Below are positions 9,434 through 18,271 of a stretch of 29,782 nucleotides of DNA, piece by piece. Position numbers and translations under genes: made by a program. This stretch comes from a virus (taxonomy: Duplodnaviria > Caudoviricetes), in the IMG/VR virus record IMGVR_UViG_3300009095_000053, positions 1 through 29,782 of that record; one strand, written 5' to 3'. The notes beneath the pieces are model-generated. The model saw nothing but the letters and a program-made list of their open reading frames with translations. It was not told where the DNA came from and searched no databases. Every line of letters begins with the position of its first letter. The stretch's first letter is position 1.

Positions 9434-10545
9434 TAGAGCGGCAACCTAGCCCCTGAGCGAGTGAGGTTAACGGTGTCGCCGACTGCCACGGCGACGGCCC
9501 CATTCCACGCGATCGCGCGGGCTCCAAACGTCGTGAGGCCGTGATGCACTCGCGCCCACGTGATGCCGTCGCGCGATGCCAGCAACACGTCGCTGGCTCC
9601 TACAGCCAGCACATAGTTGTCGGTCAGCCCGAAGCCGAACAGAGCCGAAGCGACACCGCTGGTGCGCGCCGTCCAGGTGATGCCGTCTGGCGAGGTCAGG
9701 ATCGTTCCGGAGGAGCCATTCACGATGAACAACGAGCCATTCCACACCACTCCGCCCAGGAACACTGCGACACCGCTGGTGCGCGCCGTCCAGGTGATGC
9801 CGTCTGGCGAGGTCAGGATCGTCCCGGTGGCGCCAACCGCCACGGCGACAGTGTCGTTGCTCGCGACGTCGAGCAGCTGCACGGCCACCCCCGACGTTCG
9901 CTCCGTCCAGGCCGTGCCGTTGGGCGACGTGATGATCGTCCCGGCGTCCCCGACGGCAATGAAGAGAGAGCCATGCAGCGCGACAGCTTGCAGGGTGTCA
10001 GAGACGCCGCTGGTTTGCTCCGACCAGGCGACTGCGTCAGTCGAGTGCGTCACGCTTCCCGTCTGTCCAACGGCGACGATGCCTAGACTGGCGCTCGCCG
10101 CCAGCCCATTTAGGTCGGTGACGAGGTCCGGATCACGAGAGGTCCACGCGTGGGCGTCCGGTGACGTGAAAGCCGACCCATCGTTCCCAACGGTGACGAA
10201 GAGCGCGAGGTGATCGACCCAATTTACGTTCTGCTGCAGCTCGGTGAAAACAGCGGCGACATCCGTCCAGCTGCCGAGAATCGCCCGCTCACTCGCCGCA
10301 GCCTCCACGTACTGGACGGCCTCCATGTACTGGCTCGCGCCGACCTCGTCCGGATCGCCGCTCGGTGTTATCGAGGCGTAAGCCAGCAGCGCCTGCAGAA
10401 ACCCCCAAACGTCGTTGACCCAATCCGCCTCGAGCGGCGTGCCGGTGCCATCCTGATAGGAGCCCGCATTGCGGGCTTTGCCTTGTGGGTAGGCGGCATC
10501 AGTGTCCGTCTGCGCTGGGTATCGTGAGCTGGGTATCAGTGCCAT
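9433..10545 (-). CDS. Tail fibre / receptor-binding protein with about 7 BNR/Asp-box propeller repeats
   Basis: N-terminal fibre-anchor motif GTPLEADWVND...L....ITPS....Q; ~39-aa repeats of the form VAVG..GTI.TSPDG..WT.RTSG. Confidence 0.8.
   Translation of the reverse strand: MALIPSSRYPAQTDTDAAYPQGKARNAGSYQDGTGTPLEADWVNDVWGFLQALLAYASITPSGDPDEVGASQYMEAVQYVEAAASERAILGSWTDVAAVFTELQQNVNWVDHLALFVTVGNDGSAFTSPDAHAWTSRDPDLVTDLNGLAASASLGIVAVGQTGSVTHSTDAVAWSEQTSGVSDTLQAVALHGSLFIAVGDAGTIITSPNGTAWTERTSGVAVQLLDVASNDTVAVAVGATGTILTSPDGITWTARTSGVAVFLGGVVWNGSLFIVNGSSGTILTSPDGITWTARTSGVASALFGFGLTDNYVLAVGASDVLLASRDGITWARVHHGLTTFGARAIAWNGAVAVAVGDTVNLTRSGARLPL
9650..9822. repeat. 56-bp exact direct repeat (9650-9705 and 9767-9822)
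   Basis: GCGACACCGCTGGTGCGCGCCGTCCAGGTGATGCCGTCTGGCGAGGTCAGGATCGT twice, 117 bp (one 39-aa blade) apart. Confidence 0.9.
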
Positions 10546-10547
10546 GG

Positions 10548-11747
10548 TCAGACCGGGGTGATGGTGCCTAATTTGGCCAGCTCGCCGTGAGCTAGCGTGT
10601 ATTGGACGACGGTGATTCCGCTGCGCAGAAGCGTGACGGCGGCGACGGATGCCCCGTTGGCCTCGGCAATCTCGTTCACCACGCCGGCAACGGCGCCCTG
10701 GGTGACGCGGTCGAGGCGCGGCAATGTGGACAAGCCGACGATGAACGGCTCGCGTGCGCGCAGGAATTCGTCGACGCCTTCCTCGATCGCCTCCAGCACC
10801 GTCGGCGGATCCGTCGCCTCGAAACCAGCAATGTCGACATCAAAGCTGGTGCGGAAGATAGGCAGCACGTTGACTGCAGCGTTCGCCGGGCGGCGATTGG
10901 CCAGGCCCGTCGGCGACGGCGACTCCTCCGGATCGAAGTTGATTGACTCCTCGACGGCATCGAGCTGCGGTGACGAGGGGATGCCGTCAGGGCCGGACGT
11001 GGCCTCGACATACACGTCCACCTCACCGGGCGCGCCCGTGTACGGGAACACGTTGCGGATGCCCTCCACTTCTGTGCCCCACTGCTGGTAGTCCGCGTAG
11101 GCGCCGCCTTGAGGGCGGCGCTGGAAGCGTCGCAGGACGCGCGCTCGGTAGACGTCCTCGGCTTCGCCGTCGGCGCCGACGACCGACACCGCCGTCACGG
11201 TTGCCTGTGTCACGACATTCGGCAGCGGGCTCGCGAATGAGAGCGTCTGCCCGAGCTGCAGGTTGCCGATCGTGCCCGAGCCATCACCACCCGCCTGGTC
11301 CGCCGTGGCACGCGCGACGACGGTGACGGTGGCTGCATCGAGCGGGACGGCGGCGACCGTCTGGTACACGACACCCGTCGGGGCGTGAAGCAACTGAGAG
11401 CCGCCCGCGAGCGACCCCGTTTGCGTCAAGACCGTGACCTCCACCTCTAGCTCGGCCTGGGTGGACGCCAGCGGATCGCCCACGCCGATGAGGCGGCCCC
11501 ACTCCACGAGCGGGCGAATTAGCTCACCGTTGACCTCGGTCTCTTCTATCGTAGCGCGGCTGACGAACTGCTGAAGCAGCGAGAATCCGGCGTATTTGTA
11601 GAGCGTCACGAACACGCCCGCGAGCGCTTTCGCCAGCACGCGAGAGAAGCTCTTCGGCAGAAGCGGGATCGTCTGCGATAGCGCCGCCTCGAGCTGGGCG
11701 ATGATGTTGGCAGCGATCTGCTGAGTGGTCGGTGTTACGAGCGCCAT
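10548..11747 (-). CDS. Baseplate J / Mu gp47-like wedge protein
   Basis: G..GNL..G..L...SPLPNV.......GADGEAEDVYRARVL.R....PQGGAYADY..W..EV.G.......APGEVDVYV. Confidence 0.92.
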   Translation of the reverse strand: MALVTPTTQQIAANIIAQLEAALSQTIPLLPKSFSRVLAKALAGVFVTLYKYAGFSLLQQFVSRATIEETEVNGELIRPLVEWGRLIGVGDPLASTQAELEVEVTVLTQTGSLAGGSQLLHAPTGVVYQTVAAVPLDAATVTVVARATADQAGGDGSGTIGNLQLGQTLSFASPLPNVVTQATVTAVSVVGADGEAEDVYRARVLRRFQRRPQGGAYADYQQWGTEVEGIRNVFPYTGAPGEVDVYVEATSGPDGIPSSPQLDAVEESINFDPEESPSPTGLANRRPANAAVNVLPIFRTSFDVDIAGFEATDPPTVLEAIEEGVDEFLRAREPFIVGLSTLPRLDRVTQGAVAGVVNEIAEANGASVAAVTLLRSGITVVQYTLAHGELAKLGTITPV

Positions 11748-11750
11748 GTG

Positions 11751-12164
11751 TTACCCAAAGGAAAGCTGGATCTGCTCCCGCAAGGTGACGATGCTGACCT
11801 CCAGCACTACGCGGTTTAGCGCTGGAATATTGGCGGCGACCGCGATGCTCTTGGCCGCGCCGGCGTCGATCATCCACTGCAGATCGCGCGCCGCCGCCTG
11901 CTCGATGCGTCGCAGGTTGGCGGGCACGGCGGGCAAGGACCGGATGAGGTACTGCGTCTCGCTGCGGTAGGTGCGGTCCGACTCGGTCTCCGCGAGGTTC
12001 CCCCACCACTGCTGCTCCGACTCGGAGTCGGCCGGGTCTTGCTCGTTGCCGCCGAATAGCGATAGGTAGGCGGCCGTTTCCAGCCCTTCGGACATGAGGA
12101 ATAGCCCGGCCTCGACGGTGACCTCGCCGCCGTCGTCGCTCTGCCTGAGTAGCACGTCGGTCAT
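11751..12164 (-). CDS. Mu gp46-like baseplate protein
   Basis: GLETAAYLSLFGG...WWGN...AARDLQWMIDAGAAKSIAV; start trimmed to MTDVLL (ATG 12164). Confidence 0.85.
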   Translation of the reverse strand: MTDVLLRQSDDGGEVTVEAGLFLMSEGLETAAYLSLFGGNEQDPADSESEQQWWGNLAETESDRTYRSETQYLIRSLPAVPANLRRIEQAAARDLQWMIDAGAAKSIAVAANIPALNRVVLEVSIVTLREQIQLSFG

Positions 12165-12168
12165 GTCG

Positions 12169-12609
12169 TCACGTCCAGACAACGGGTGTGTTGGGCGGAG
12201 CCACCAGGGTAGCCGTGCCGGTTTTCATCCAGAGGTCGATGAGCGACGCGAAGGCAGCAGCGCCGGCAGCGTGAGTATCCTGCATGACCGCAAGCTGGGC
12301 GGCTACCGCGAGGGGCGCGGGCGGGGGCACCGCCGCGAACGCGGGCAACATCCCAGCTCCGACCGTCGCGGCAAAGCTCGTGAACGCGGCGTCGAAGGCC
12401 GGTGCGGCCGATGGTGACTCGAACGCAGACTGCAACGACGCCGTCAGCCCAGCCGCTGCCGCCGAGACGGTCGTGGAGGGGGGCACGATGCCGGCTGCGT
12501 AAGACCCAACGGCATCGGACCACGCCTGGGCGCACTCGGCCGCCGTCGGTGGCGACTCCGCGAACAGCGACTCGAGGGCGCTCTGCAATCCGGCGGGGTT
12601 GAGCGGCAT
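12169..12609 (-). CDS. Ala-rich hypothetical protein between spike and gp46-like genes
   Basis: Abuts both neighbours in the operon; 146 aa. Confidence 0.75.
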   Translation of the reverse strand: MPLNPAGLQSALESLFAESPPTAAECAQAWSDAVGSYAAGIVPPSTTVSAAAAGLTASLQSAFESPSAAPAFDAAFTSFAATVGAGMLPAFAAVPPPAPLAVAAQLAVMQDTHAAGAAAFASLIDLWMKTGTATLVAPPNTPVVWT

Positions 12610-13122
12610 TCATGTCCCCGGGATCGGGCCCCCCGACGGGCCGAAGGGCGTCGTGTGCATGTGAGTATCGGCACCGAATGTGCCGAGCGGCGTGGTCACG
12701 GTCACGGCCCCGCTGGCGGCGAGCTCGATGCTGCCCTGGGCATTGCTGACTAGCGCCGTGCCGTCTGGCTTGAGCTCCACGGCGCCCTGGTCGTTGCTGA
12801 TGAGCACGGACCCGTCCGCCTTGAGCCAGACCTGGCAGGAGGCGACTCCGGCGCCGGAACGGGCATAGATGCGCTTGTCGCCCGCTCCCGCCAGCGGCGC
12901 TGTCCGCGGATCCTGGTAGCCCAGGGCCTGGCCGGTGCCCGCTCCCTCGTCGTCGCCCAGGTAGGCCACGTCACCGGGCAGGGGCTGGGAGTCGTCGCCC
13001 GGCGGGGCGAAGTGGTAGGCCGTCACGGCGTCCTCGCCGCCCCGGTCGAGCTTCACCTCGGAGGCCTGCGCGCCTGCAATGGCCGAGCGCGTGAACTCGA
13101 CCACCTCGGCTAGAGATCCCAA
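12610..13122 (-). CDS. Baseplate central spike, Mu gp45-like
   Basis: PGDDSQPLPGD, GAGDKRIYAR, beta-helix repeats (LKADGSVLISNDQG / LKPDGTALVSNAQG) and apex HxH motif (THMH); TTG start at 13122 with GGAG upstream. Confidence 0.85.
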   Translation of the reverse strand: MGSLAEVVEFTRSAIAGAQASEVKLDRGGEDAVTAYHFAPPGDDSQPLPGDVAYLGDDEGAGTGQALGYQDPRTAPLAGAGDKRIYARSGAGVASCQVWLKADGSVLISNDQGAVELKPDGTALVSNAQGSIELAASGAVTVTTPLGTFGADTHMHTTPFGPSGGPIPGT

Positions 13123-14153
13123 GGGAGCTCCGTCGGCAGCGTGCCCCCAAAGGAGCCCGGCAGCACGAGCGCGAGGGTCGCGGTCTCCGTCTCGGCGGTT
13201 TGCCGCAGGCTGACGCGCCGGATCACGAGCTCGGTCTCGCGGTAGATCATGGCCTCCGGCGCGATGAGCGTGACGGTGGTGTTGGGCTGCCAGAGCGAGC
13301 CGCTCGGGTCGCGCCACGTCGGCAGGTCCTCGACCGTGTAGGCCACGACGCTGGCGACCATGCGCCCCACCATCGCGGCGCAGGCCTTCGGCACGTCGGC
13401 GCTCTCGGTGTCGCCGACGGCCGCGGTGAACGAGCGCGGGTTGCTCGCCCGATAGAGCGGGTTTCCCTGGGTGTAGCGAGAGCCGCCGGAGCCAGCGCGC
13501 CTGGAGGCCCTGCCCGTGATGGAGCTGAACCAGCTGCCGGGCTGGAACGTGGCGCTCACCCGCACGAGCGGCTGCCCCTTGAGCCGAGCGACGGGCGCCC
13601 CGGTGGCGGCCTCGCTCCGGAGCAGCAGGTCGCCGTTGGGCAGATCGGAGAGCACGTATCCGCGCTGCAGCGCCAGGTCGACGAGGAACGGGTGAATGAC
13701 CCCGTCGGGCTCACACCGGATGCGGGCAAAGCGTGCGCCCGGCGGGCCATCGATCACGGTGGCGACGCCGACCGAGGGGGCCACCATCCGATCGGCGATT
13801 TGCCGCAGGTCGAAGCCGTTGAATTCGAGGGGCAGCAGCGCTGGAGGCGCGCACACCTCGCTCAGCTCATGCGCTAGCGAGTACACGGTCACGCCCACGA
13901 TGGAGGAGTTGGCGTCGGCCGAGGGCGAGACGTCCTTGACCCGCCCGGTGAGCACGAGCTCGTCACCCACCGAGACCGTCACCCGCGGGAACATGAGCGG
14001 CTGAAACGCGCGGCGGACTTCCTTCCGCTCGTGATCGAAGGGGCCTGAGAGTGAGACGGCCGAGTAGCTGTCGAGCCCGAACTGCAGCTCGACGTCGGAC
14101 CACTCGCCGAAGCGCTGCCCGCTGTCCAGCGTGACCGAGACGGGCTCAGGCAT
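13110..14153 (-). CDS. Baseplate hub, Mu gpP (gp44)-like
   Basis: F..WSDV.L, VGDELVLTG.V, LA.QRG....D.PNGDLL, WRDPSGSLWQPNTTV, ATLALVLPGSF. Confidence 0.88.
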   Translation of the reverse strand: MPEPVSVTLDSGQRFGEWSDVELQFGLDSYSAVSLSGPFDHERKEVRRAFQPLMFPRVTVSVGDELVLTGRVKDVSPSADANSSIVGVTVYSLAHELSEVCAPPALLPLEFNGFDLRQIADRMVAPSVGVATVIDGPPGARFARIRCEPDGVIHPFLVDLALQRGYVLSDLPNGDLLLRSEAATGAPVARLKGQPLVRVSATFQPGSWFSSITGRASRRAGSGGSRYTQGNPLYRASNPRSFTAAVGDTESADVPKACAAMVGRMVASVVAYTVEDLPTWRDPSGSLWQPNTTVTLIAPEAMIYRETELVIRRVSLRQTAETETATLALVLPGSFGGTLPTELPWDL

Positions 14154-15405
14154 AGTAGACCACCCGTCGCCCGCGCGGCAGCTCCAGGATTTCGGAGCCC
14201 GTGAGGCGGTTGGTGCTGATCAAGAAATCGAGCCGATCATCGACCGACCCGTACAGCTCGGCGGACAGGTCGATGAGCGAGCGCGGGCGGTCGAGCACCA
14301 CGGCGCGCTCGGGCACGAGGGAGAACGAGATCTCGACCAGAAACCCGACCGCGAGCGCGACCGTCTCCTGCAACGACTGGTAGCCCTCGCCGGTGTCTAT
14401 CTGCTCCAGATCGCCGAAGCGCTCGTCATTCCACGCGGTCAGGACCTCCGTCTGCACGATGATGCGCTCGGCCGCTTCGATGGCCTGCGGCTTTGCCGTG
14501 AAGGTGTTGTTGACCACCGAGGTCACGCTGCCCATGACGGCGCCGGCGGCGAACAAGCTCGATGTGTGAAAGTCATTGGACAGGCGGAGCCGGAGCGCGG
14601 GCAGCACCGAGACGTCCCCCGGCGTGCTCCTGGAGGAGGCGACCATTCGGTCCAGCAAGTCGGCGTAGCCCTGGAGCCGGGACAGGATGCCTGCGAGCGC
14701 GCGCCCGGGAGCGCTGATGAGGTTCAGGATCGAGCGCGCCAGCAGGAGCGGCGTGCCGATGAGCACGTCGATGCCGAAGTTGATCTGCTGCTGGAGATCG
14801 CGAAACTCCCGGTTCACGCTCTCCGTCACGGCGGCAACCTGACCGAGGGCGGCCTGCACGTTGCGCAGGGCCTGAGCCACGGTCAGCTTGGCGTTCGCGC
14901 GCCGGGCCTCGGTCTGGAGGTTCATGGCCCGGGAGAACTGGCCCGACAGCGCGGCGTTCGAGCGCCCGAGCGATTGGGTCACCTCGTGCTTGGGGCTGAG
15001 CCGACTCGACGGGTAGACCGCCCCGACCGTCGACCAGAAAACCACCTCCAGGATGGTCTGGTTGGCCGCGGTGAGCAGGTCGTCCCGTCGCGTGATGGTG
15101 CCGAAGGGCACGACGTCCACGCGCCCATAGAGCGGGTGATCGAGCCGCCCGGCGCCCCGCTCGAGCAGCAGCGACTCGAACGCCAGGGCCTCGCGGTCAC
15201 ACTCCGCGCCGCTGAAGATGCACCGGAGCGGGAAGCGCCGCTCGCTGTGCCCGTTGTCCTGCACGTACGTGCCGTTGACCCCGGGGAACGAGAACGCCGC
15301 CGTCCGCTTCTCCAGCTCGTAGGACACGTCCTCGTAGGCGAAGCGCATGCGCGTGCCGCCGGGCGACGTGTACGCCGCCTCTCCCACGCGATCGACCCAG
15401 CTCAG
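14146..15405 (-). CDS. Mu gpN-like 'DNA circularization' tail protein
   Basis: SWVDRVGEAAY..., FSFPGVNGTYVQDNG...RRF, G.GRLDHPLYG, C-terminal LysM-like LSAELYGSVD..DFLISTN.L; start is CTG 15405 (inferred) or GTG 15387. Confidence 0.88.
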   Translation of the reverse strand: MSWVDRVGEAAYTSPGGTRMRFAYEDVSYELEKRTAAFSFPGVNGTYVQDNGHSERRFPLRCIFSGAECDREALAFESLLLERGAGRLDHPLYGRVDVVPFGTITRRDDLLTAANQTILEVVFWSTVGAVYPSSRLSPKHEVTQSLGRSNAALSGQFSRAMNLQTEARRANAKLTVAQALRNVQAALGQVAAVTESVNREFRDLQQQINFGIDVLIGTPLLLARSILNLISAPGRALAGILSRLQGYADLLDRMVASSRSTPGDVSVLPALRLRLSNDFHTSSLFAAGAVMGSVTSVVNNTFTAKPQAIEAAERIIVQTEVLTAWNDERFGDLEQIDTGEGYQSLQETVALAVGFLVEISFSLVPERAVVLDRPRSLIDLSAELYGSVDDRLDFLISTNRLTGSEILELPRGRRVVYYA

Positions 15406-17654
15406 AATGCCCCCGAGGGCTGGAGATTGAGCTTCAGGTTGCGAGGCTTGCCCTTGACCTCGGCCTTGGTGCCCGGCTTGGCCTCGACCACGATAGTGCC
15501 GTCAGCCGCTGCATTCTGGGCGCCGCTTGCTTCGACGGTTTCGCGCGCGACGCGGGCTTGCGGCGAGACGACCTGCGGGTTATCGCGGCGGCGACGGTCG
15601 GCTATTGCCTTCTCGTTCAGCGCCGCGTCGTGGGCCTTGAACGGATCGAGCGTGCCCATCTCCCACATCTTGCCGACCGTGCCCGTAATGCCTCCCGAGC
15701 CCTCGAGTGCCTTGTCGAGCTTGTTGTATTGGTCCCAGGCTGCGACGAGTGCCATCACGGCGGCCGTCGCGGCGCCGAGCGTCAGCAAGAGCGGGGCCAT
15801 CGCTGCGACTTGCGCCGCGATCGCAGGAGCACTGGCCAGCGCCGCCACCCGGAACGCCGCGAGCGCGCCCGAGCTCGTCCCGACCACGGCCGCGTACGCC
15901 GCCTGTGCGGTGGTCGCCACCAGCGTGGCCGCACGCGACGCGACCTGTGCGACCTTTGCCGCCACCTCGGCAAGGGTGGCGCGCGACAAGGCCCCGGAAG
16001 TCAGCCCGACCACCGTCGCGTACGCCGTCTGCGCAGCCGTGGCCAGCGCCGTGGCAGCGCGCGAGGCCACCTGCGCGACCTTGGACGCGACCTGCGCAAC
16101 GGTGTAGCGGGTCGTCGCCACCACGCCGGCTTTGAGGGCCGCGTGGTACAGCCAGGTCGCGGCCGTGCCTGCCATCACGGCGAGACGGGCGGCCAGGGTG
16201 GCGGCCCTCAAGGCCCAGGTCCCGACAATCGCCAGCTTCGTGGCCGCGTGGTACGCCAGGACAGCGAGGCGCGAGAGAAGGACGGCGCCCTTCCACGCAT
16301 ACTCCGCCACGACCGCGAGCTTCTGAGCGACCTGGTACGCGAAGATCGCTAGCCGCGCGACCTTCACCGCGGCGGAGAGCGCGTAGAACGCGACTGCGGC
16401 TTTGCCGATGCGGCCGAGCCAGGTGACGATCTCGGGGAGTCGATCTCGAATCCACATGAGCCAGCCGCGGAACTCGGAGACGATCAGGCCCTGGTTCAGC
16501 TCGACCCATTTCGTCATCGACTGGATGAGCCCACGCAGCGGGCCGCCCTGCGTCTCGAAGAGCGCGATCTTGACGCCGTCTACCGCTGACGAGAATAGCT
16601 CCCAATCACCGAGCGTATTGTCCATCCGGATCGCGGCCATCTTTTTGGCGGACCCTTCGGCGTTTCTCAGCTCTTTGGTCAACGACTGCACGCGGCCGCT
16701 GTTGAATAGCTCACTGAGATTGGCCGCTGCCTTCTGGCCTCGCAGCCCCACGAGCTCGGCCATGAACGCGACCTGATCCATGTTGCCGCCCGACTTTGCG
16801 GCAGCTTTCGAGATGTTGGCGAGCACGTCTTGAAAGGGCAGCATGTTGCCCTGGGCATCCTTGAACGTGACGCCGAACTTCTTCATCTTCGCCGCGATCG
16901 AATCGGTCGGCGACGCCATCTGCGTGAGCATGACGTTGAGGGCCGAGCCCGCCACGGATGCATCGAGCCCGACATCTTGCAGGAGCGCGACGCCGGCGAT
17001 CGTGTCCTCGAGCGGGATTTTGAACTGGCGCGCCGTGGAGGCGACGTTGCTCAGCGATTCGCCGAGTGAGCCGATAGAGCTGTTCGTGCGTGAGCTGGCG
17101 AGCGCCAGCACGTCGGCGACGCGGGCCGTCTCACTCGTATCGAGGCCCATGCCCTTGAGAGCGTTCGAGACATGGTTGGCGACCTCGGCGATCTCCAGCC
17201 CCGAGGCGGCTGCCGCGTCCAGCACCGGGCCAACGCCCTTCAGGATCTCCGCATTCGAGAAGCCGGCGCGAGCCATCAGCTCCATGGCGTTAGCGGCTTC
17301 GGTGGCGGTGAACTTGGTCGTGGCGCCCAGGCGCATCGCTTCGCTCTCGAGCACCTTGATCTGGGAGCGGGTTTGCAGGCTGACCGCGCCGACGGCCGTG
17401 ATCGCTTGCTCGAATTCCGCACCCGCCTTGACGATTGAAAACGCCGCCACTCCCCCGACGGCGCCGACGGCGACCGTGGCGGCAGCGACGCGCTTGATGC
17501 CGCCGTGCACTGCGCCCAGGCTCTTATCGAGTGAGGCGAGGCTACGGCTAGCGGATTTGCCGAACTTGTCCAGGTTGCCCCGTATCCTGGCGATCGGCGC
17601 ACTGAGCTTGTCAGTCGCCTTGAAGATCGCCTCGAGACTGAACTTCCCTGCCAT
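15402..17654 (-). CDS. Tape measure protein (TP901-family core), 750 aa
   Basis: A.RLGATTKFTATEAANAMELMARAGF....IL......L.AAAASG, ADVLA......N, AGSAL..ML; Ala-rich C-terminal half with a 42-aa duplication. Confidence 0.95.
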   Translation of the reverse strand: MAGKFSLEAIFKATDKLSAPIARIRGNLDKFGKSASRSLASLDKSLGAVHGGIKRVAAATVAVGAVGGVAAFSIVKAGAEFEQAITAVGAVSLQTRSQIKVLESEAMRLGATTKFTATEAANAMELMARAGFSNAEILKGVGPVLDAAAASGLEIAEVANHVSNALKGMGLDTSETARVADVLALASSRTNSSIGSLGESLSNVASTARQFKIPLEDTIAGVALLQDVGLDASVAGSALNVMLTQMASPTDSIAAKMKKFGVTFKDAQGNMLPFQDVLANISKAAAKSGGNMDQVAFMAELVGLRGQKAAANLSELFNSGRVQSLTKELRNAEGSAKKMAAIRMDNTLGDWELFSSAVDGVKIALFETQGGPLRGLIQSMTKWVELNQGLIVSEFRGWLMWIRDRLPEIVTWLGRIGKAAVAFYALSAAVKVARLAIFAYQVAQKLAVVAEYAWKGAVLLSRLAVLAYHAATKLAIVGTWALRAATLAARLAVMAGTAATWLYHAALKAGVVATTRYTVAQVASKVAQVASRAATALATAAQTAYATVVGLTSGALSRATLAEVAAKVAQVASRAATLVATTAQAAYAAVVGTSSGALAAFRVAALASAPAIAAQVAAMAPLLLTLGAATAAVMALVAAWDQYNKLDKALEGSGGITGTVGKMWEMGTLDPFKAHDAALNEKAIADRRRRDNPQVVSPQARVARETVEASGAQNAAADGTIVVEAKPGTKAEVKGKPRNLKLNLQPSGAF

Positions 17655-17669
17655 GCTTGCGCCTTGTTG

Positions 17670-17885
17670 TTAGGACTTCTTCGGTCTCGTGCATTTCTTC
17701 AGCTCAGGCCTCAGGCCGTCGTAGAAGAACACGATCTCAGTGACGGTTAGCGTTCGCGGGTCCGGCAATCCCGGGTAGTCGCGGGCGACCTGGAGCAGCA
17801 TTTCTCGATACGTGTCTTCGGCGCTCGACAGCCGCGCGTCGGCGCCGTTGCGCACGATTCGGTCGACTACCGGTCCCCCAAAAAA
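17670..17885 (-). CDS. Tail assembly chaperone -1 frameshift extension (gpGT-like C-terminal part)
   Basis: The -1 frame from the slippery site reads FFGGPVVDRIVRNGADAR...DYPGLPDPRTLTVTEIVFFYDGLRPELKK and ends 15 nt before the TMP start. Confidence 0.8.
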   Translation of the reverse strand, partial: FFGGPVVDRIVRNGADARLSSAEDTYREMLLQVARDYPGLPDPRTLTVTEIVFFYDGLRPELKKCTRPKKS

Positions 17886-18271
17886 AGCGTCGCCAGCTTC
17901 GAACAGACATTGAAGTCGGGCTTCGCCATCTTGCCGAACAGGCTGCGGTCCCTGCGCGTCATCTCCGCCATGGCCGCCACCAGGTTTGAGATGTTCTTCT
18001 GACCATAGGTCTCGAGCGCCATCAGGGTCGCGCCCGTCGGCGGGTGGAACGTGAGGCTATCCCCCCCGATGGGCGGCGTATACGTGGGTTTGCCGTCCTC
18101 GCCCACGATGAGAGCGCCGGTTCGAAGGACCTGGACGATCTTGCCGCGGAGCTCCGTCCACTCCTCGAGGTCCTTCTCGCCGAGCTCGTTCGTCGAGTAG
18201 TCGATGCGAAAGGCATCGCACATCCGCTCGAACTCCTGCTCGGCGACGTCTTTAGCGATCTTTGATTTCAT
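17867..18271 (-). CDS. Tail assembly chaperone (gpG-like), 134 aa
   Basis: Lies before the TMP and carries the slippery site; ATG 18271 (MKSKIAKDVAEQEFERM) overlaps the glycosyltransferase end by 20 nt. Confidence 0.8.
   Translation of the reverse strand: MKSKIAKDVAEQEFERMCDAFRIDYSTNELGEKDLEEWTELRGKIVQVLRTGALIVGEDGKPTYTPPIGGDSLTFHPPTGATLMALETYGQKNISNLVAAMAEMTRRDRSLFGKMAKPDFNVCSKLATLFLGDR
17879..17885 (-). promoter_or_regulatory. Programmed -1 ribosomal frameshift heptamer T TTT TTG
   Basis: CTT TTT TTG GGG GAC CGG TAG at the chaperone 3' end; correct X XXY YYZ phase. Confidence 0.8.

Noticed and set aside
9650-9822. 56-bp repeat in the fibre gene as a DGR template/variable repeat pair
   Set aside because: The copies are identical with no adenine-specific mismatches, both are coding blades, and no reverse transcriptase is in the window.
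14131-16107. 658-aa plus-strand ORF and many other long antisense or alternate-frame ORFs (e.g. 15580..16605, 19318..20382, 25198..26169, 27887..28930, 3429..4490)
   Set aside because: Shadow ORFs of high-GC genes: they fully overlap well-supported phage genes, are R/P/A-rich and have no motifs.
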